64,000 nucleotides of DNA from Bacteroidota bacterium. GTDB taxonomy: Bacteria > Bacteroidota > Bacteroidia > 2-12-FULL-35-15. A model generated the notes under the pieces. It saw nothing but the letters and a program-made list of their open reading frames with translations, ran no database searches and was not told where the DNA came from. The translations under genes were made by a program, and so were the position numbers. Below, piece after piece: positions 59,701-64,000 of this stretch. The stretch lies in NCBI GenBank assembly GCA_025963725.1, contig JAOQAE010000002.1, forward strand, positions 1,356,411 through 1,420,410, read 5' to 3'. The number at the start of each line of letters is the position of its first letter. Within the stretch, counting starts at the first letter, position 1.

Positions 59701-62170
59701 CAATAAAGAAAAGCAAAGCACGGAGCAGTTCTTCAGGCTGGGCGATCTGTTCAGCCTTGCTAAAAAGCTGAAAGAGATAGAACCGAGATCAGGCACGCCG
59801 GCCTTTGCCTATGTGAAGAATGAAGAAACCGGCCTTGGCAAGCTAAAAGACCTTGCGGAGATCAGGATCCTCTTCGGCCAGCTGGATGCTTCCCTGCAGG
59901 AAAACCTGCGTGATACTTCCCGCCAAACACTGGAAAGCCTTTCTGAGATCATGCAGGCGATCATCGCGCGCACAAAGGACCTTTCCGCCTTTGCACCGCT
60001 GATGCGCGAACTGAATAGCGCAGATGCCGCGCTGAAGCAGATCGTGCTGGAGGAAAACCTGCTTCCCTCGCAGGTTAAAGGGCTTCTTGCAAAAGCGAGC
60101 ATTGATAAGTTCTACAGCACAAACCGCGATGCCCGGAAGATCGAAGGAGAAAAGATCCTGCACCAGGTAGCAAAGATCAAAAAGCTCTACCAAAAATTCT
60201 TAGCTGTCAACTCGGGATACATCATTGCGAAACAGCAGGAGCGCTTTAATAAGCTGATCCAGAAATCGGAAATGTCGATGGCAGGGAAAAGCAACCAGGA
60301 AAAAGAAGAAAAAAGATCACTGGTGGAAGGAAGAAAGATCCTTGACAATGAATTCGGGAAAAGCATGCGGTATAAATCGATCCGCGAAATGGCAACCTCC
60401 GAATCGGGACAGATCATCCGCGAGCTAAAACCTGTGTGGCTGATGAGCCCACTCAGCGTTTCGGATACGCTTCCGCTGCGCACCGATTATTTCGATGTGG
60501 TGATCTTTGATGAGGCCAGCCAGATCACGCTTGAAGAAGGTGTGCCGCCGGTTTACCGCGCCTCGCAGATCATCATCGTGGGTGACGAGATGCAGATGCC
60601 GCCGAGCAATTATTTCAGCAGCTCCTCCTCCGACCCCGACGATCTTTGGGAAGAGGACGATGAAGATTCGAAGCTGCTTTCACTCGATGCCGACAGCTTC
60701 CTCACGCAGGGCGCACGAAAATTTCCTTCTGTAATGCTTGGCTGGCACTACCGCAGCAGGCATGAATCGCTGATCGGCTTTTCCAATGCATCTTTCTATA
60801 AAAATGAATTGCTCACGATCCCGGATAATCTAGACAATCAGAATGAGCTGAACGAAATAACAGCAGAAAATAAAAACGATGCTGTAACCAATGCGGCTGC
60901 ATTGCTCGAACGCCCCATCAGCTATCATTTTCTGAAGCATGGCGTTTATGAGAGCCGCAGCAACATTGCCGAAGCGGAGTATATCGCGGAGATGATCCGC
61001 ACATTGCTCCTGCAGAAAAAAGGGCTAAGCATCGGCGTGGTTGCCTTCTCCATGGAACAGCAGGGAGAGATCGAAAGCGCGGTGACGAACCTTGCCAGGG
61101 AGGACAAGGAATTTGAAAAGGCGATAGAGGAAGAATACAAGCGCATGGAAGACAACCAGTTTGTGGGGATCTTCTTTAAAAATTTAGAGAATGTGCAGGG
61201 CGACGAGCGCGATATCATTATCATGAGCACCTGCTACGGGTACGACCCTAAAGGCAAGATGATCATGAACTTCGGGCCGATCAACAGGCGCGGCGGCGAA
61301 AAAAGGCTGAACGTTATTTTTTCACGCGCGAAAAAAAGGATGTGCGTAGTAAGCTCCATTAAGTATACCGACATTAAAAATGAATACAATGAAGGCGCGA
61401 ACTACTTCCGGAAATATTTGCAGTATGCGGAACATGCAAGCAAAGGCAATATGGAAATGGCGAACCTGGTGCTTCAATCCGTGATTGCGGAGGAAAAGAA
61501 AATAAAGCAGGAGCTATACAATACGGTGGTGATCGGCCAGCTGGTGAAAATGCTGGAAGATAACGGCTACAGCACCACAAAGCTGATCGGGCAATCGTAT
61601 TTCAAATGCCATATCGGGGTCAAAAGATCAGCCTCCGATACTTCCTATACTGCGGGCATTCTCGTGGACGACATGTTTCATTATTCGAACAGCGACCTTC
61701 TTGAGCAATACCTGTTCAAGCCGGAGATCCTTCGCTCCAGCGGATGGAAAGTGATGCAGGTGTACTCAAAGGATTGGTACGATGACCCGGATAAATTAAC
61801 AAAGCGCATCCTTGGCTTTATTGAAAGCGATGCGCTTGCTGAACCAAGGGATGAAGCCCCGGAAGAGGAAACGGGATTTACTGAAGAACAACCAAATGAT
61901 GAAACATTTCCGGAGTCTCCCGCAGAAGAAGCAGGAGATGATAATTCCCTGAGCACCGGCGCTGTTCGCCTGCTCAACAGTGAGAACAACAGCAACAAGT
62001 TCTGGGAGATCCATGCAGAAGAAAATAATTTAGTGATCCGCTATGGCAAAGCCGGTACGAAAGGGCAAAGGATCATCAAATCATTCGATACAAAAGCAAT
62101 GGCGGAAAATGAAATGCAGAAGCTGATCAGGCAGAAGCTTGCCAAAGGATATAAAGCCAGCGAAGGCTGA
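56708..62170 (+). CDS. 1820-aa multidomain protein: kinase-like N-terminal remnant, DUF4011, Upf1/DNA2-like SF1 helicase, Vsr/DUF559-like endonuclease fold, and a C-terminal WGR domain
   Basis: N-terminus: LLEEVHSFHLSGKV...ILVTNEKLDIDESLAG and YEVSLGHHDAATDIYILGMILASLALGLDF resemble kinase subdomains VIb-IX without an N-lobe. DUF4011-like segment: DISRRNRLLYFKPNLKFLNLS. Helicase motif I: QGPPGTGKSQT. Motif II: VIFDEASQ. Further motifs: VGDEMQMPP, WHYRSRHESL and RLNVIFSRAKKR (motif VI). Endonuclease-like region: CHIGVKRSASD...AGILVDDMFHYS...GWKVMQVYSKDWYDDP (DUF559/Vsr-like). Terminal WGR: NKFWEIHAEENNLVIRYGKAGTKGQ...KLAKGYKA. Confidence 0.8.
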   Translation: MLTIKETEFYSFLSEGIGKGGFTNDDVVAVIMPLLEEVHSFHLSGKVAPLDKLSSILVTNEKLDIDESLAGSPCNNVDKVTAILPKKNEVFEISGHLKQSTEIGEYNSTEVKNREIQSDANADILMPVYLPNYKCYEVSLGHHDAATDIYILGMILASLALGLDFTQEDDLAGFAENRGSMIFLNHKIHPSIANIIFGMTELDRRKRWKDLGEIIDNLKNYRDYNPETEHDLATIANAKNKDKSNRQHYIQGKLRNRLFDISRRNRLLYFKPNLKFLNLSVSSVPAVLNYKNIDPESLFFWNRDVSEKVIKGKDISLSKYIRFEDNPYIAPSLDKIRLEANRDVNEYGFSQLKLVISFLNWYNTKEQTTEKICSPLILVPVNLVKKKGVKDQYILEIVDNEAEINPVLSFMLKDLYDIRLPESIQLSESSLDELFRNLKTQIEKARSGIVLEMINKPKIKLIHAQARQTLSQYKRRVNRNRKVQTFHNLDYSYNADNFQPLGLQLFRNYVKPEHSSLEFLINSDIKANPSYFSDSSMSETTRELYQLDGGNTNPFKWEFDTCNMVLGNFNYKKMSLVRDYNSIIDENIQSSVFESLFSSLPKKARPEQETESRIEEQFNVIQSDPTQNKSVIYSRKGESYIIQGPPGTGKSQTISNLIADYVARGKKVLFVCEKRAAIDVVYYRLKQQQLDQLCCLIHDSQTDKKEFIQNLKATFGTFTTKPLSAKEAEKERNAIVAQINSELSVIKEFHSSMQHYLDHAQLKIRELMEVLIQSKQHIPEGKEIPGSIGYKDWLAYGGLIQKISRTSNELEGSPFYSKHPFRYLGEKAIYNEKPGTELKAELIRSMELVGEIAERLEMADVPESCIGSITALREFLEQVEMLLPFKEQDRAGLLTVNSELHKKLSDAVTNLETMHAKVEEAAGKNKFWLQKFSETDAENALEIVQKHERSFFSFFNSSFRKIKKAIHQSYNFSMHQVKPPLTQVVSNLKAEYDVRNSFNKEKQSTEQFFRLGDLFSLAKKLKEIEPRSGTPAFAYVKNEETGLGKLKDLAEIRILFGQLDASLQENLRDTSRQTLESLSEIMQAIIARTKDLSAFAPLMRELNSADAALKQIVLEENLLPSQVKGLLAKASIDKFYSTNRDARKIEGEKILHQVAKIKKLYQKFLAVNSGYIIAKQQERFNKLIQKSEMSMAGKSNQEKEEKRSLVEGRKILDNEFGKSMRYKSIREMATSESGQIIRELKPVWLMSPLSVSDTLPLRTDYFDVVIFDEASQITLEEGVPPVYRASQIIIVGDEMQMPPSNYFSSSSSDPDDLWEEDDEDSKLLSLDADSFLTQGARKFPSVMLGWHYRSRHESLIGFSNASFYKNELLTIPDNLDNQNELNEITAENKNDAVTNAAALLERPISYHFLKHGVYESRSNIAEAEYIAEMIRTLLLQKKGLSIGVVAFSMEQQGEIESAVTNLAREDKEFEKAIEEEYKRMEDNQFVGIFFKNLENVQGDERDIIIMSTCYGYDPKGKMIMNFGPINRRGGEKRLNVIFSRAKKRMCVVSSIKYTDIKNEYNEGANYFRKYLQYAEHASKGNMEMANLVLQSVIAEEKKIKQELYNTVVIGQLVKMLEDNGYSTTKLIGQSYFKCHIGVKRSASDTSYTAGILVDDMFHYSNSDLLEQYLFKPEILRSSGWKVMQVYSKDWYDDPDKLTKRILGFIESDALAEPRDEAPEEETGFTEEQPNDETFPESPAEEAGDDNSLSTGAVRLLNSENNSNKFWEIHAEENNLVIRYGKAGTKGQRIIKSFDTKAMAENEMQKLIRQKLAKGYKASEG

Positions 62171-62200
62171 CATTGAATACGATGTCAACACCTCAGCTGT

Positions 62201-62659
62201 TCACGCGATGATCTTTTCCATTTTTATATTCGCCCGCTCATAATGTCCGGCCTCAAGCGGTATCTCATAAAACCCGTACTTTTCATACAGGTGGATCGCG
62301 GGGCCCAGCTGGCGGTTGGAGTACAGCACAAGCTTTTTAATATCATGCCGCTTTGCAAAGCCGATGCAATGTTCCATTAATATTTTGCCGAGCTTCAATC
62401 CCTGGTACTTTTCAGTCACCGCCATCTTTGCAAGCTCGAATGTTCCTTCATTTATTTTCAGCAGGGCTATCACACCCACTATCTCATCGTTGTAAGCGGC
62501 ATAAAAAATAAAGCCGCCTTTATCAATGATCTGCCCTTTCGGATCTGCCAGCGAGATCACGTCATTCGGCTCCACCTTAAAATATTTCTGCAGCCATTCA
62601 TAATTAAGGATGCGGATGTGTTCTTTCAGCTCCTCCCTGTATTCGATGATATTTACCAT
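62201..62659 (-). CDS. GNAT family N-acetyltransferase
   Basis: IVGVIALLKINEGTFELAKMAVTEKYQGLKLGKILMEH matches GNAT motif A. Confidence 0.8.
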   Translation of the reverse strand: MVNIIEYREELKEHIRILNYEWLQKYFKVEPNDVISLADPKGQIIDKGGFIFYAAYNDEIVGVIALLKINEGTFELAKMAVTEKYQGLKLGKILMEHCIGFAKRHDIKKLVLYSNRQLGPAIHLYEKYGFYEIPLEAGHYERANIKMEKIIA

Positions 62660-62713
62660 ATATTATGCGCTTTGTGCAGCGTTCCGAAAATTACTAAACA
62701 TTTATTCTTTCAA

Positions 62714-62751
62714 CAAAAACGCCCTGTTCAAAAGAACAAGGCGTTTTTTTA
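62714..62751 (-). terminator. Rho-independent terminator (hairpin flanked by A-run and T-run, bidirectional-looking)
   Basis: Stem ACGCCCTGTTC / GAACAAGGCGT (one mismatch), loop AAAA, then T7 on the plus strand, with A5 before it giving a U-run on the minus strand. It lies just downstream of the minus-strand gene ending at 62771. Confidence 0.65.
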
Positions 62752-62770
62752 AAATATACTTACTTATCTT

Positions 62771-64000
62771 TTAATTATTAAAGATGTGGACAAATCCATA
62801 TTTCGGCTCCTTCAGCTCCGGCCCGTCGAGTATAAAATAATACACGCCATCCGAATGTCCGCCGCCGTTCCAGTCGTTATGATAATCGGAGCTGCTGTAG
62901 ATCTTGCTGCCCCAGCGGTTGTAAACGGTTAAGGCCGTGTTCGGGAAATACTCGATGTTCCTGAATGCAAGGTAATCGTTCTTGCCATCATTGTTCGGCG
63001 TAAACACATTCGGCACCTCCAGCTCGGAGATGATCACGTAATCATGCTGGATGGTATCCCAGCAGCCGTTGTTCGACTGAACAGCCAGCGTTACATGATA
63101 GATCCCGTTTGCAGGGAAGATGTGCGAAGGATTCTGCAGCGGTGAAAAGCTTGTTGCGCTGTCGCCGAAGTTCCAGTACCAGCTTACGATGCTTCCCGGC
63201 GTAACCTGCGACTGGTCCATGAACTGCGTCACTGTTCCAAGGAACGCGGAGCCTGACGGAGAGCTGGAGAACGCCGCAATTGGCTGTCCGTACTGCGTTA
63301 CAGTTACCGTATCTGCCGTGGAGCAGCCGTTCGAATAGTTCACGGTAACAATGTAGGTGCCGTTCGAATTTACATTGATCGAAGAGCTTGTTTCCGTAGT
63401 AGACCATGTATAGCTCGCTCCGGAAGGCAGGTTCAGGTTTGCAACCAACGAGGTGCTGTCGCCCGGACAAAAGTTAAGGTTCCCGGTTATGTTCACCAGT
63501 GGATTTGCGTTCACCACCGTTACGGGAGGCGATGTGGCAGTACATCCGTTTTGCGTTACGGTAACAGTGTAGGTTCCGCTGTTGGTTGTTACGGAATCGC
63601 CGGTGCTTGCATCCGACCAGGTAATGCCTGTGTACAGGGAAGCCGAATCAAGATAAATAGTGGTGGAATTGCTGCTGCAGGTGAACAATGGCCCCGCGAT
63701 AGCCGGTGTTGGTGCAGGATTCGGAGCAGGCACATTGAGTGTTGTATCCATCGAGCAGCCGTTTGCATAGCTCAGCGTTACTGTTACAGGCCCGCCTGAA
63801 CTGATGTACGAAGAAGCGGTGTTATCGCCGTTCGACCATGAATAGCTTGCGCCGGCAGCAGGTGTGCCCGATGCGGTAAGCAGGATGCTGTCGTTAGAGC
63901 AGAACGGAACTACACCGCCGGCCGTAAGTGAATAATTGAAGGGGAACACCGAGAATGGCGCCGATGTGATCGTACATCCGTTGATATCCACACAGGTAAC
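62771..64000 (-). CDS. Secreted protein with Ig/PKD-like repeats and a T9SS type B (gliding-motility CHU_C) C-terminal domain; N-terminus beyond the window
   Basis: C-terminus NVFTPNNDGKNDYLAFRNIEYFPNTALTVYNRWGSKIYSS...GVYYFILD matches the T9SS type B sorting domain. Upstream are S/T/N-rich beta-sandwich repeats. The ORF is still open at position 64000. Confidence 0.7.
   Translation of the reverse strand, partial: VTCVDINGCTITSAPFSVFPFNYSLTAGGVVPFCSNDSILLTASGTPAAGASYSWSNGDNTASSYISSGGPVTVTLSYANGCSMDTTLNVPAPNPAPTPAIAGPLFTCSSNSTTIYLDSASLYTGITWSDASTGDSVTTNSGTYTVTVTQNGCTATSPPVTVVNANPLVNITGNLNFCPGDSTSLVANLNLPSGASYTWSTTETSSSINVNSNGTYIVTVNYSNGCSTADTVTVTQYGQPIAAFSSSPSGSAFLGTVTQFMDQSQVTPGSIVSWYWNFGDSATSFSPLQNPSHIFPANGIYHVTLAVQSNNGCWDTIQHDYVIISELEVPNVFTPNNDGKNDYLAFRNIEYFPNTALTVYNRWGSKIYSSSDYHNDWNGGGHSDGVYYFILDGPELKEPKYGFVHIFNN

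Overview
This 64 kb window looks like a Bacteroidetes chromosome segment, probably Chitinophagaceae/Sphingobacteriia-like. It carries several secreted proteins with type IX secretion (T9SS) C-terminal sorting domains, a hybrid two-component sensor with a Y_Y_Y propeller plus a LuxR-type regulator, a PafA-type alkaline phosphatase, and an hpt-adk-obg cluster. Coding density is high, with about 55 CDS and no rRNA, tRNA or CRISPR array.

Most of the window is ordinary housekeeping and cell-envelope content: acyl-CoA synthetase, nitronate monooxygenase, threonine aldolase, purE, hpt, adk, obg, crcB, a DUF58/transglutaminase/MoxR operon, and tandem TPR/PD40/SPOR-like paralogs.

Three AT-rich islets of about 33-37% GC sit in a roughly 50% GC background and carry conflict-system-like genes:
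- A standalone DUF4062 (TIR-superfamily) protein at 9837-10985.
- A class II Fic AMPylase with an AT-rich C-terminal extension at 42182-43513.
- A P-loop NTPase fused to a C-terminal TIR domain at 53844-55301.

The strongest candidate for a new system is the TIR protein at 53844-55301 together with the two genes immediately downstream. These are a soluble M48-like HExxH metallopeptidase, and a translationally coupled 1820-aa protein combining a kinase-like N-terminal remnant, DUF4011, an Upf1/DNA2-type SF1 helicase, a Vsr/DUF559-like endonuclease fold and a C-terminal WGR domain.

Other notable points:
- Adenylate kinase is fused to a roughly 235-aa Lys/Ala-rich, histone-H1-like repetitive tail.
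- An MFS transporter gene is frameshifted.
- Several short intergenic repeat families (palindromic, REP/MITE-like) recur at gene boundaries.
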